Of a stretch of DNA of 64,000 bases, positions 12,431 through 25,389 are shown piece by piece (the stretch's first letter is position 1; each line of letters begins with the position of its first letter). Origin of the DNA: Mobula hypostoma (lineage: Eukaryota). The notes below the pieces were generated by a model that worked only from the letters and a program-made list of their open reading frames with translations, was not told where the DNA came from and did no database searches. The translations under genes and the position numbers were made by a program. Where the stretch lies: the NCBI RefSeq assembly GCF_963921235.1, contig NC_086105.1, positions 122,760,001-122,824,000 on the forward strand. Reading direction: 5' to 3'.

Positions 12431-15400
12431 TGAAGCGCACCTTCAATACAGGCTGAGTACAGGGCTATGGTAGCATGATGTGAGCAGAATTATCTGCAGC
12501 TTAATGTGAAAAAGACTAAGGAGCTGATGTTAGACCTGAGGAAAACTAAGGTACTGGTGACCCCTGTTTCCATCCAGGGGGTCAGTGTGGACATGGTGGA
12601 GGATTACAAATACCTGGGGATACGAATTGACAATAAACTGGACTGGTCAAAGAATACTGAGGCTGTCTACAAGAAGGGTCAGAGCCGTCTCTATTTCCTG
12701 AGGAGACTGAGGTCCTTTAACATCTGCCGGACGATGCTGAGGATGTTCTACGAGTCTGTGGTGGCCAGTGCTATCATGTTTGCTGTTTTGTGCTGGGGCA
12801 GCAGGCTGAGGGTAGCAGAATCCAACAGAATCAACAAACTCATTCGTAAGGCCAGTGATGTTGTGGGGATGGAACTGGACACTCTCACGGTGGTATCTGA
12901 AAAGAGGATGCTGTCTAAGTTGCATGCCATCTTGGTCAATGTCTCCCATCCACTACATAATGTACTGGGTGGGCACAGGAGTACATCCAGCCAAAGACTC
13001 ATTCCACCGAGATGCAGCACAGAGCGTCATAGGAAGTCATTCCTGCCTGTGGCCATCAAACTTTACAACTCCTCCCTTGGAGGGTCAGACACCCTGAGCC
13101 AATAGGCTGGTCCTGGACTTATTTCATAATTTACTGGCATAATTTACGTACTACTATTTAACTATTTATGGTTCTATTACTATTCATTATTTATGGTGCA
13201 ACTGTAACGAAAACCAATTTCCCCCGGGATCAATAAAGTATGGCTATGACTATGACTAATAAATCCAAAAGACTGAAGTTAGGTAAAATACCGAAAGGCT
13301 TTTATTTGCTGTACAATACGACCTCCATGGTGAGTGTCTGCCCCCGGACTGAGGGGGAGGGGCAAGGCGAAACACCTTTATACAGGAATCTGTGGGAGGA
13401 GCCACAGGGGCAGTCAGCAGAAGGGTGTGTCCAGACAGTTAACCCAGTTACAACATATATACATGGTTTACCACATTCACCCCTCCTTTTTTAAAAAAAG
13501 AGTCCCGCACGGTGAAGTGACTGACAATATTTAAAACAAGTATATTTACAGGTCAAGTCTATCAGGCGGTCGAGTCCGTCACTGTGATCTACGTAGCACC
13601 AGTGGCGATTGCATCGGCGATGGCGGTTGTGCTGGCTCCGGCCTGACTTGAGGTGCCAGCACGTTAGGCATTGTTAATCCCTCGTGCGTGTGCGTCGCGC
13701 CCGGTATGGGAGTGTCGTGTGGTGTCTGTGTAGGGTTTGGAGTGCGCGGTGTCTTGTGGGTACATACATCGGTGGGTATGGGGTCAATAGTCACCATGGA
13801 GTGTTCAGGGTAGGGGCCCGGAGCTCCTGCGGGCGCCAGGTCGCGGATGGAGACCATGTCCTCTCGCCCATTAGGTAAAACCACATAGGCATACTGAGGG
13901 TTCGCATGAAGTAAGTGAACCCTCCCGACCACTGGGGAGTATTTATTGCTCCTCGCATGTTTCCGGAGCAGCTCTGGCCCCGGGGACATCAGCCAAGTTG
14001 GTAGGGTGGTCTCAGTGGTCGACTTTCTGGAAAATGAAAAGAGCCGCTCATGAGGGGTGGCATTGATGGCCGTGCATAACAGGGAGCGGATGGAGTGGAG
14101 TGCCTCGGGAAGGACCTCCTGCCAGCAAGAGACTGGCAGTCCCTTTGACCTGAGGGCTAAGAGTGTGGCTTTCCACACCATGCCATTCTCCTTCTCTACC
14201 TGTCCATTCCCCTGGGGATTATAGCTCGTGGTCCTACTAGTTGCAATTCCCCTAGCCAGTAGGTATTGGTGCAGTTCGTCACTCATAAACGAGTTCCCTC
14301 TGTCACTGTGGATATAGCATGGGTATTCGAACAGAGTGAAGAGCTTGCACAGGGCTTTTATAACTGACGTGGTAGTGGTGTCGGAGCAAGGGATGGCGAA
14401 GGGAATCCGCGAGTACTCGTCGATAACGTTAAGAAAGTACACATTGCGGTCGGTGGAGGGAAGGGGGCCCTTAAAAGTCAACACTCAGTCGCTCAAAGGG
14501 ATGGGTAGCCTTGATGAGTTGTGCTCTTTCGGGTCGGTAGAAGTGTGGTTTGCACTCTGCGCAGACTTGGCAATCCCTGGTCATCGTCCTGATCTCCTCA
14601 AGGGAGTAAGGCAGGTTCCGGGCTTTCACGAAGTGGAAAAGCCAGGTGACCCCCGGGTGGCAAAGATCTACATGTAGGGCGTATAGCTGGTCGATCTGTG
14701 CACTGGCACATGTTCCCTGGGATAGGGCATCGGAGGGCTCTTTGAGCTTCCCAGGCCTGTACACGATGTCATAGTTGTAGGTGGAGAGTTCGATTCTCCA
14801 CCTCAGAATTTCATCATTTTTGATTTTGCCCCGCTGTTGGTTATTAAACATGAATGCGACTGAGCGCTGGTCAGTTAGCAGGGTGAACCTTTTGCCGGCG
14901 AGATAGTGCCTCCAGTGCCTAATAGCTTCCACTATGGCCTGGGCCTCTTTTCTTCACTGCTGAGTGCTGAAGTTCAGGGCCTTGAAGGGTACGGGAGAAG
15001 AACGCCACTGGTCTTCCCGCCTGGTTGAGGGTTGCAGCCAGTGCAAAGTCGGAGGCGTCACTCTCTACTTGGAAGGGAATGGCCTCATCCACCGCATGCA
15101 TTGCTGCTTTGGCAATGTCCCCTTTTATGCAGCTGAAGGCCACGCAGGCTTCGGCTGAGAGGGGGAATGTGGTGGACTTGACCGGGGGTGGGCCTTGTCT
15201 GCGTAGTTAGAGAGCCATTGGGCGTAATATGAAAAGAAGCCCAGGCACCTTTTGAGGGCTCTGAGGGTATTGGGAAGAGGGAGTTCCAACAGGGGGCACA
15301 TACGGTCAGGGTCAGGGCCAATGACTCTGTTCTCCATGACACACCCAAGGATAGCAGGTCGGGTGGTCCCGAATACACACTTGTCCTTGTTATAGGTGAG

Positions 15401-17746
15401 GCTGAAGGCTTTGGCCGCTTGGAGAAATTTTTGGAGGTTGTTGTCGTGATCCTGCCGGTCGTGACCGCAGATGGTGATGTTATCCAGATACGGGAACGTG
15501 GCCTTCAGTTGGCACTGGTCCACCATCCGGTCCATTGCCCTCTGGAAGACAGATTCACCATTCATAACACTGAAGGGGACGCGCAGAAATTGATAAAGTC
15601 TGCCATCCGCCTCGAAGGCGGTGTAAGGGCGGTCCTCCCGGCGGATGGGGAGCTGATGGTAAGCAGATTTTAGGTCTACAGTGGAGTACACCTTGTACTG
15701 TGCTATCTGATTGACCATATCCGCGATGCGGGGTAGAGGGTACGCGTTGAGCTGCGTGAACCTATTGATGGTCTGGCTATAGTCCACAACCATCCTATTC
15801 TTCTCCCCGTTCTGAACAACGACCACTGCGACCTCCAAGGACTTGTGCTTGTCTCAATGACCCCCTCCCTGAGCAGCCGCTGCACCTCCGACTTAATGAA
15901 GGCTCTGTCCCCCGCGCTGTACCTCCTGCTTTTAGTTGCCACAGGTTTACAGTCGGGGGTCAGGTTGGCGAACAGCGGTGTGGGGGGGATCCTGAGGGTG
16001 GAGAGGCCGCAAGTGGCGTTGGTGGTGCGGCAGTTGGCATGGTGTCGGGTGGGATGTGTGGGTCAGTGTGTGTGTGTGGTCAGTAGTGGGGTACGTGACA
16101 TATGCCTACAAAACTGGGGATTTATGACAGTAATTGGTGGGAGGGGCCCATCATACTTCATTGTCACGCTTTTCAGGTGGCTCTGGAAGTCCAAACCCAA
16201 CAGCACAGGGGCACACAGTTGAGGCATGACCAGTAACGTAAAGTCTGGATATTCTGTGCCCTGCACCACCTGTGTCGCTACACAACCCCCCCCCGGATGT
16301 CTGTCGTATGTGACCCAGAAGCCATGGTGACCCTCTGAATTACCCACCGTATCACCAGTCTGCAATGCTGCACCGTGGCCGGGTGGATAAAACTGTCCGC
16401 ACTGCCTGTGTCAAACAGGCAGCTTGTCCTGCGCCCCTCCACCAGGATGTCCATCATTGACCTTGCGAGCTCGTGGGGAGCGCTTTGGTCGAGGATCACG
16501 GAGGCCAGGGTTGAGTCGCTGTCTTGGTCCAGCGCGGTGGAGTGCCCTGTGAGCACTCATTGGTCGTAGGTGGTGGGAGGGGGCGCCGACCAAGGTGGCC
16601 GCCCCCATGACTCGCACGTGGTGGCGGCGTGCAGGGAAGATGGCGGCAGGCAAAATGGCGGCACCCATGTCTCGCACCTGCTGGCAGCATGCAGGAAAGA
16701 TGGCGGCAGGCAAGATGGCGACCCCACATCTCGCACACGGCGCTGCTCGATCCCGCTCGTGGTTTTGACTTACAGACCTTGGCGAAGTGGCCCTTCTTTC
16801 CGCAGCTGGAGCAGGTAGCTTGTCGGGCTGGGCAGCGTTTCCAGGAGTGCTTCTCCAATCCGCAGAAGTAGCACTTCGCAGACTCGCGACAGCCGAGCTC
16901 GATTCGCTGGCAGGTTGTGGGGTCTGCGGCGCCCACGAGGCCATCGGGAGATCGCGTGCCTGGAGAGCCTCGGAGTTATGCAGAGCGGCCTCCAGTGTAT
17001 CGGCCAGCTCGATCGCCGAACTTAAGGTAAGATTGGCTTTTTCCAACAGCCGCTGGCGCATATACACTGACCTGGTCCCCGTGACGAAGGCGTCTCTCAC
17101 TAGGAATTCTGCATGCTGCGCTGCCGTCAACTCCTGGCAATCGCAGGCTCGCACGAGCGTCTGTAGGGCCTAGACGAACTCAGCACTTGATTCCCTGGGC
17201 CGTTGTTGCCGTGTCGCTAAGCGGTGCAGAGCACAGATGCTGTTTATCGGCCGCAGGTATTGGCCTTTGAGGGCGCTCATCGCGCCGTTGTAGCTCAGCT
17301 GGTCTCTGATCAGCGAATAGACCCGTGGACTGACCCTGGAGAGTAGAACTCTGCGCTTCGCTACGGGGTCGGTCGCTTTAATCTCCTCTAGGTACGCTTC
17401 AAAGCAGGCCAGCCAGAGTTCGAAAGCATTTCCAGCTTCGGGCATTTGCGGATTGAGGTCAAACCTGTCAGGTCTCAGTGCATGTTCCATGCTTTAAAAT
17501 GTACAGTGAATAAAATTGAAGCGCACCTTCAATAACTCCAAAAGCTTGAGGTTGGGTAAAATACTGAAAGGCTTTTATTCGCTGTACAATACAACCTCCA
17601 TGGTGAGAGTCTGCTCCCGGACTGAGGGGGAGGGGCAAGGCAAAACACCTTTATACAGGTATCTGTGGGAGGAGCCACAGGGGCAGTCAGCAGAGGGGCG
17701 TGTCCAGACAGTTAACCCAGTTACAATATATATATGGTTTACCACA
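12431..17746 (-). mobile_element. Full-length Ty3/Gypsy LTR retrotransposon (gag-PR-RT-RNaseH-IN), decayed
   Basis: TG..CA LTRs at 17517-17746 and 12431-13475 (the latter interrupted). Flanks ATAAC/GTAAC; PPT AAAAAAGGAGGGGTGAA on the minus strand at about 13476-13492. Gag ATG at 17490 with two CCHC-like knuckles; protease FDTGS; RT YLDN; RNaseH SDASD; integrase HSDRG and GQVE. Confidence 0.95.
12449..13257 (+). mobile_element. Rex1/Babar-like LINE 3' fragment inserted into the Gypsy 3' LTR
   Basis: Open 199-aa ORF (KKTKELMLDLRK..YKYLG..RLYFLRRLRSF); AATAAA plus (ATGACT)n tail; AATA duplicated at 12445-12448 and 13258-13261. Confidence 0.85.
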
Positions 17747-18399
17747 GTAACTAAACTAATTAGCTTCCATTACAATACGTATAAACAGAAGGCTGGAGTT
17801 CTGGCAGTGCCTCCAGTGCACCCTGACTGCTGCTTATGCCACAAGGGAAGATGATGAACCAAACTATCCTGTAGCAATGTGTCTCAGTGACATTGTGAAA
17901 TTTTTTGACATCCATTACCCTGTATGTATTTACAGTGTGGAATGAACCTAAGACAAGGAAAGTCAAGTTCACCTTGATGTTGCCTGCTCCTCACAAGGAT
18001 GTTTTGATTCCACTCTGGGGCCACAGTTCACAAAATCATAGCATCGTGCAGTATGAAAACAAAGACATTTGGCCCAACTTGTCCACACCAACCAGTGGGC
18101 ACGTGTATATTTAGAAACAGGTGGCATTTTTCTGTGGCCACTTGCTTCATGAAACAGATTTTCAAAGGAAAGTGCTCTTTATAATTGCATAGAGAATAAT
18201 AGCTTCTTAAACAACCTTTTAGATAGGGCCTCCTGCTGAGAACCCCTGTCCTCTTCCATCTCCTCCATTTTCCAGTAGGTTGGTGTGCTCCATCAGCCCC
18301 AATTTTAAATCTTCCCAACGTGGTAAAGAATGAGGACCTCCAAAGAGTGTGACATCAGTGAATTGAAGTAAATTTACTGACTTCTCTCAAAAATTGGGT

Positions 18400-19410
18400 G
18401 GGTGAGGATAGTGCTGAAGGTTACTTTTTGGATTGGAAGTCAGTGAGTGCTGACTGATTTCAGTGACTGACGCTGGGACCTTTGTTGCTTGTGATAGATA
18501 TGTGAAAGAAGGAGATCTGATTAAGATTGCAGCAGATGACGTGAAAATCGATGGTGTTTAAGACAGCAAGGAAGGTTGCCTATGGCTATAGCAGGATACA
18601 GATCAGAATGAAAGTTGGATAGGATATTGGCAGATGAAACTTAATCCTGATAAGTGCAAAGTGATGTAATTTGAAGATCAAATAGGATGAGACATTTGCT
18701 GTATATGGAAAGGCACTAAGGAATGTTGACAAACAGGGAGACCAAGTGCATAGTTCCATTAAAGTCCAGGTAGATCGGATGGTGACGGCATATGGTAAAG
18801 CTTGCCTTTATAGAGGGCATAGAATAAACGAGTTCTAGAACATTTATATTCATGCTTTTAGACTATACTTTATATAGTTTTAAAACTACCCTTGTGTGTA
18901 GCTTTGGTCACCTCTCTATAGGATGGGTGTAATTATGCTGGAGAGAGCAGAGAGGAGATTCAGCGAAGTGTTGCCTGGATTGGAGAACGTTAGGACTGGA
19001 TGCCCTGGGCTTGTTTTCCCTGGATCGAAGGAGGCTAAGGGATGATCTGATAAAGGTATACAAGATCACGAGTAGCACAGAGAGGATGGACAATCAGATT
19101 CTTTTTCCCATGGTAGGGGTATCGAATACAAGATAACAAAAGACTAAGGTGAGAGGAAGGAATTTTAGAGGAGAGGAAAATAAAATATTTTTTTAAAATA
19201 GAAAATGGTTAGTAATCTGAACTACATAGCCAGTGGATATAGTGAAATGAGATATACTAGATTTAAAAAGAATTTAGACTGCACAAATAGACAAACCATA
19301 GAATACAGACATAGTACAGGCAAAGGGGTTAATGCAAATAGGCAATAAGGTCAACATGGATGGATGAAGCTAAAAGGCCCGTATCTGTGCTGTACAACTC
19401 TGACTCTATG
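18400..19410 (+). mobile_element. Old CR1-clade LINE 3' fragment
   Basis: Degenerate LGPLLLV / ADDVKI sequence and CR1-type 3' end (..CTGTGCTGTACAACTCTGACTCTATG). Confidence 0.7.
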
Positions 19411-20699
19411 ATTCATTTGTAGCAAAGAGAAAAAAACTTACATTATACTGTTCAGTTTTATGCCCTAACCAGACAGCTTGAACATAAGATTATGCTCTGA
19501 AATCACAGATGTTTTTCGATCAGCAGGCATTGAGGTCTGAGTCCACAAATTCCCTTGTGCTGCAACGGAGAGCAGTTATTTCTCTCCCTTTAGTGGAAGA
19601 TTGTCATAGGCCTTTTCTGTCATTCAAAGGTCCTTCCTGTCACCAATCCTCAATCATACACTGCGTGCTATTCTTTATGTCTATCTTTCTTTTTGAGTTG
19701 ATGATTCTATCATGGTGTTTTCATAAGTAATTCTCAGGACAGATTAGTAGAGATGTAGCAAAAACTGAAGATCTGCAAGTACTAAAATACTCATTGGAGT
19801 GTGTTATCTCTTTTTATATAAAGCAATCCGTCTTATATAAAAGAAAGGAACAATTTGTTTACCTATAAACACAATAATGTTCAATATCAAAAAGAAACAA
19901 CAGTAATGTGGAATGAAACATAAATAAAGCCAAAAACACAAATGTCAAACCATGCATTGCTATCCCCTCTTCAACTACAACCTTAATATGTTCTTCAAAC
20001 TATCTGTTAAATAGTTCTAATAATTCCTCTTCATGTTCATTGTAACAGTAGTGGTACACCTTTTCTTAATTTTATGAAAGGCAGTACACTATATATCCCT
20101 TTGTTTTTTCCGTTCATGGAAAAAAATAAGACTATGCTCTGTAGAGTGGTGGAGCAGTGAATGGAACCACCCAAGTACAGATAATATATGGTACCTTAAG
20201 CCTTTACACCTTTACATCTACAGTGAACCTTTGTTTGAACCAGATGCTCCATTTTGGCAGAGTGGAAGTTATACTCACCATCTTTCCCATCTCCCTTCAG
20301 CACAACCTGCACAGCCCCTCATGAAATTTTAGCACTCGTAAGTGTAATAGTAGTTTCATTAACAAATTGAAAGATCTGATTATTCTTCCATCTGCTGAGA
20401 CCACTGAGATTTCTGTTCCTTGTATCTTTTCAGTGAAAATCAATGCTAGCATGTATCTGTCTCTGAATTGTAATTATATGCTCTTCTTTCCCAGCAGTGA
20501 TGAGATAATAAAGGATGGTGTTCTGGCCTCTGAATCATCCTGCTCAACTAATGACATTGTGGAAGATTGCTAACAAATAACCCATCCCCTATGAATAAGT
20601 GCTAAGTACAGCCTACCGCGAAGGATTAAAATGAGGTGAATTGTATCTAAAACAACTTGATGCTTATAATATCAGAAATTACAGTTTATAACACTTTAC

Positions 20700-20897
20700 C
20701 TGTCTCTGTTAATGACTCACAGTCTATTTGAATATTTTTGCCATCTTTTTTATCTGTTGCGAAATAAGGCACGAACTTCTGGAAAGAATGTTTGCCAGAG
20801 GCTTGCGATGAAAACCACATGTTACAGTGAAATACATATGCTGAAACTGCATTTGAACAGTTCCTTATAACAATATCTTTTAAGTACCATCCATTAC
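20700..20897 (-). CDS. PLAT/LH2-domain gene, exon 12 (end of PLAT domain)
   Basis: ttttgcAG acceptor and GTAAAG donor, phase 1-1. (G)NGWYLKDIVIRNCSNAVSAYVFHCNMWF.. matches the PLAT W-Y-L..F-x-C-x-x-W pattern. Confidence 0.85.
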
Positions 20898-21783
20898 CTG
20901 CAAAACAAAATAATGTTGAAAAAAATCTAATGGAAAATATACCTCTGCTACACCATAACCAATGCACAATCAAATGAATGAAACATATCTCGTTTATGGA
21001 TAGCATCCAGGAATGTACTCCTTTGGTCTAGATACTACCTATCAGTCTATCTGTTCCCATACAGTACATCTCAAAACATTACACAGACATATTTGCTTCA
21101 AGCACTCAGACTTTACCTGCTTTTCAAATTTTATGTAATGCTTTTGTGTAGTCCAACTTCTGCAAGTCATAATGGAAATTTCACTGTCCACTCAAACTAC
21201 ATTTTGGGCTAGAGACACAAGCTTCTAGCCTGCTCTTCTATTTAATCTTTTCTTATTGAAATCCAGAAATACCTGATAAGGGTTCAAAAATAATACCAGC
21301 AATCTATCAGTCAGGAGAGAAGAGTGTGTCTGATATTCACGAGGAGCTACCAGACTATTCCCCATTGAGAAGATTAAACCTGTCACTGATAGTTTAAAAC
21401 CTAGTGTGAAAAAGGCAGCACCAAGGCTAGTGAATGCCCTCCTAGCAAATTGCGAACAAATTTTTCAAAACAATCCATTCTTTATGTTCAATTAAAGCTT
21501 ATCCTCCAGCTACTTTCATCCTCTAAGACAATCCTTAAAATAAAACCAAACTTTTCGACACTGTCTTATTACATCCTCTTCTTTGAGGCTTGTGCTTGTC
21601 TGATTATACTCCCGTGAAGTGACTTCGACCATTATGCATATTATTGCAAATTGTTATTTACAACCAAATCTCACAGGTTACATTTATCAGAAACAAATCA
21701 AATCCATTTATTAGCCAACCTATAAAAGAAATTAAGGATTTATCAGGAATGTTCCAGTTTTGTGGGTAATTTTGATTACTTAC

Positions 21784-21862
21784 CAGGTTCATTTCTGTCA
21801 TATCCAACTTTGATGTATTTAAGTTTTCCAACATCCTGAATTTCCACCAAGAAAACATCAGT
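21784..21862 (-). CDS. PLAT/LH2-domain gene, exon 11
   Basis: AG/GTAAGT, phase 0-1; TDVFLVEIQDVGKLKYIKVGYDRNEP(G), the PLAT middle strands. Confidence 0.85.
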
Positions 21863-22477
21863 CTATTAAAATATTCAAATTACAAATAATGTGAAAGCAA
21901 ACTAAATATTGGAATATGATCATGTATTTTAGTAGACGTGTGCAATGAATTTCATTCAGACAAACCTGTGCAATCATTATGAACTGACTGGTGACACATC
22001 TTCATATTGTAGAAATAAAATAAAAAAGTGAAGATCTTCAGGCGAAAACTATTTTAAGACTTTAGCAGAGAAAAAAAATATAGAATATATATATAAGACA
22101 TATAAAGGTATCCCTTTGATGAAACTTTATTTGGAATATCTCTTACTAAATTTGTAAGCATTCTGCACTTAATGAAAAATACTTGAGGATAAAGTTACCA
22201 AGGTAGAAAACAATGCAAAAACTTACACAGTGTACAATGCAAAAGCTTACAAATGTCACAGTGTGCATATTGTTTGCTTTTAAAAAAGGTCACTGAGATG
22301 ATAAGCAGCAAGAACGCAGTTTGAAAAGAACACAATGTCTAGTTAATAGAAGAGTTCTATAAAAGGAGTTGTGGCGGAGTTTTTGGATCATGCAAATTAC
22401 TGGTAGTGCACACAGAGTGCTGTTCCCATTCATTTTGCTGAGCAGCTGTAGGAGATCCCATCCATTTAGTCAGAGAA

Positions 22478-22815
22478 TTATAGCTAAATACAGCACAGAA
22501 ACAGGCCCTTCAGCCAATCACGAACCATAAAATACCCATCTACATTAATCCTACTTTACTCCCTTCCTTTTCATTCTCCCCACATTCTCATCATATCCTC
22601 CCGGATTCTACCACTTACCTACCCACAAAAAGCAACTCACAGTGGGCAAGTAACCTACCAACTTGAATGTCTTTGAGATGTGGGAGGAAACTGGAGCACC
22701 CAGATGAAACCCAATCAGCCACACTGAAGGTGTGCAAACTGCATACAGACAACAGCCCAGATCAGATTTGTACCCCATCACTGATACTGTGACTGACTCT
22801 ATTAGCTGCATCATT
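22478..22815 (-). mobile_element. tRNA-derived SINE (V-SINE/HE1-like), degenerate
   Basis: Reverse complement carries the GGGTGCTCCAGTTTCCTCCCACATC central domain and a LINE-type tail. Confidence 0.65.
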
Positions 22816-23636
22816 GTTCCATTAGATCAAGTTACCCGAGAATTGGCCAGCGAACTAGAGATGCAGACTGGGTGCTTTATACCTCCCTAGCTTTTGCCTG
22901 AAACCCACACAGAGCCTGAAGACTGGTTGGGTCTGATAAAATTGGGTTATTTGAGAGGTAAAATGTTCACATAAGGAGTAAAGAGTCACAAAGTCTTTTT
23001 AAATATCAGAATTCTTTTCTAGTTTTTTTTAAGCTATCCAAGATATTGTGTGTTTTGAAAAAAAAAACGTACAATTAAAGGCCTGCCTGGAAAGTGAATC
23101 TGATGGGAAAGCAGATAATATTTATCTTAATATTCCCAGCTTTATATCTGCTTGTAGCCTATGTGAGGTAAATACTAGACCAATTTACAGAGCAAAATTG
23201 AGCAGGAAGAAACAAAAAGTCATGGCAAAAGATGAAGGGAAAACCATAAGCAAGAGAAAAATTACTGAACAACAAACCCTTTTCCTAATTTTTCCTCCTT
23301 GTGAATAACAATGATTGTAACCTAAAATAAGTACGTTTTGATATTTTGCCTGAAATTTCTACAATTAGGAAATGAAGTAAAATTGACCCATAAATTCATC
23401 TAACTGTGAAGTATAATGTATTTTAAGGCAATGTGATAATAGGATGTAAAACATAGTACAACCAAAGAATGCTTCAGTTTGGAGTAACATCAAGTAAATC
23501 TATTTAAGTTCAGAGAGTACTATTTTGTATTCTATATCTCAATCAAACAAGTTTTTAAAAGAATCAAGAGAACTCATAAAAATTAAGAATAAAAGATGTA
23601 ATTTAGAAAATTTCTATTACCTGAAATGCTACTTAC

Positions 23637-23831
23637 CTGATTGCTTTGGAAAGGAACAGGATTGGTCAGTGAGTTACACAACAATACATCTTTCACCTTG
23701 TCCTTTTCTCCATAGAAGCTAATAAAAATGTCTGCCTTTGAACCTAAACTAAGGCAGTTTCCTGTACAAACTGTAACTTCGTATTCTGTCCACTTTAGTT
23801 CCGTTCCATTTCCCTTGGGAGTGTCTATTTT
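23637..23831 (-). CDS. PLAT/LH2-domain gene, exon 10 (start of PLAT domain)
   Basis: AG/GTAAGT, 195 nt, phase 0-0; ..YEVTVCTGNCLSLGSKADIFISFYGEKDKVKDVLLCNSLTNPVPFQSNQ. Confidence 0.85.
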
Positions 23832-24127
23832 CTGTAAGTGTCAAAAAATACATAGGATATTGAATAATCATACTAAAAGTTGAGCAATACCCTTAATGTG
23901 CTGGAGGAGCTCAGCAATTCAGGCAGCATTTATGATGGGAATAAACAGTCAACATTTCGGACTGAGACCTTTCATCAGGACGCATACTGATATCTATAGA
24001 ACAGATTTAATAAGTATATCTTTAGAATTTAGAATGGTTAGGTTTCAGGGGTCTCACAACCACATTTTATAACAAAGAACCAGTATGGATTTTTTTTTAA
24101 ATTTAAAATTGGCACCTTTAAGTTAAA

Positions 24128-24400
24128 CAATCACAAACAAGAGAAAATCTGCAGATGCTGGAAATCCAAGCAACACAAACAAAATGTTGAAGGAACTCAG
24201 CAAGCCAGGAAGCATCTACGGAAAAGAGTACAGTTGACGTTTCAGGCCGAAACCCTTCAGCATGCATTGTCGTATTTTCGATTCGTTGTTATCACACTGT
24301 GGCTCCATGTCAGCCACTGTACAGTCCTGCTGAAGGGTTTCATCCGGAAACACAACTGTACTCTTTTCCAGCTGAGTTCCTCCAGCATTTTGTGTGTGTT
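24128..24400. mobile_element. Fold-back PLE-terminus insertion
   Basis: Two inverted copies of the PLE end; perfect 14-bp TSD ACCTTTAAGTTAAA at 24114-24127 and 24401-24414. Confidence 0.85.
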
Positions 24401-24521
24401 ACCTTTAAGTTAAATCCAACATTTCTTGGTTTATGTTTATTATATTAATGAGAGAATGAAAGGACAATAAAAATTCAAAACTTTTGTGGAACAAAGCTGA
24501 TCACATTTAATTTACAAGATT

Positions 24522-24628
24522 GAAACAAGATATCCTGCCAATGCTGGATGTCTAAAGTAATGCACTCAGAATGCTGGAGGAATTTAGCAAGTCAGGCAGC
24601 ATCCTCCAGCATTTTGTGTGTGTTGCTC
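24522..24628. mobile_element. Small fold-back PLE-terminus insertion
   Basis: Inverted ATGCTGGAGGA/TCCTCCAGCAT; TSD TAATTTACAA(G/A)ATT at 24508-24521 and 24629-24642. Confidence 0.75.
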
Positions 24629-25338
24629 TAATTTACAAAATTATGGTGGGAAATAATTACTTGGTTATTATTTGGGGGTACATATTATTACAGCCCAAAT
24701 GCATAATGAGCCATTTGGAAGGGCAACAGCTAAATGGTCCAGTGACTTCATAGTATAGTATTAGCAAATGTATCAAGTACACTTCACCAAATGCAAGAGG
24801 GGAAAATTAGGCTGACTAAGACAGCAGCCAAAAGCCTCAGATAAATTCATTGCAGATGAAGATGTGAGGAAGATGATTAGCAATGGATAACAATGTTCAT
24901 TCGCTTTTATGTGAAGCAGGGGTTTGAACTGACTTCATAATCATCCAAGTATTTTAATTTTAATCTAACTATTGCGTGGAAATCTGTGGTTCTGTCAGAG
25001 CGGATGGTAAAGTCAGCTTCCTTCTGGGGTCTCTACTATAACAGAAAATAACCTTCAATTAATTCAGTTAATCCACTTGATAGCAGGATATGAGTGAGGG
25101 CATTAGATACAGCAATGACTGCCCTTATTTTTATTTGTTTTGCTGAAGCATTAAAGCTTTTAAACATTAAGTCTAGGTTCCATTTTTCATTTGAAGGAAT
25201 AATATTTCTAATTAAATATTAATATGTTACCATTTTTGTTTTAAAAATTACTACTTTCTAAGTAAATTGCTGTTTCTTAAATTGTTCAGAATAACTTTTA
25301 AAAAACAGCGTAACAAACATCGACAGCACTTGACTTAC

Positions 25339-25389
25339 CATTGTTCTTTTTGAACTGTATTTTTTGTATGGATGTTCAGGCCTTATTTC
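25339..25389 (-). CDS. PLAT-gene putative exon 9
   Basis: AG/GTAAGT; only phase 0-0 is open; EIRPEHPYKKYSSKRTM. Confidence 0.6.

Noticed and set aside
22478-22815. tRNA gene
   Set aside because: Only a decayed SINE head; no cloverleaf.
20700-23831. Naming the PLAT gene LOXHD1, RP1 or a PKD1-like gene
   Set aside because: Only one PLAT domain is visible and the upstream exons do not resemble those proteins; symbol left blank.
24960-25040. Minus-strand acceptor followed by RDPRRKLTLPSALTEPQISTQ*
   Set aside because: Phase incompatible with exon 9 and no convincing donor.
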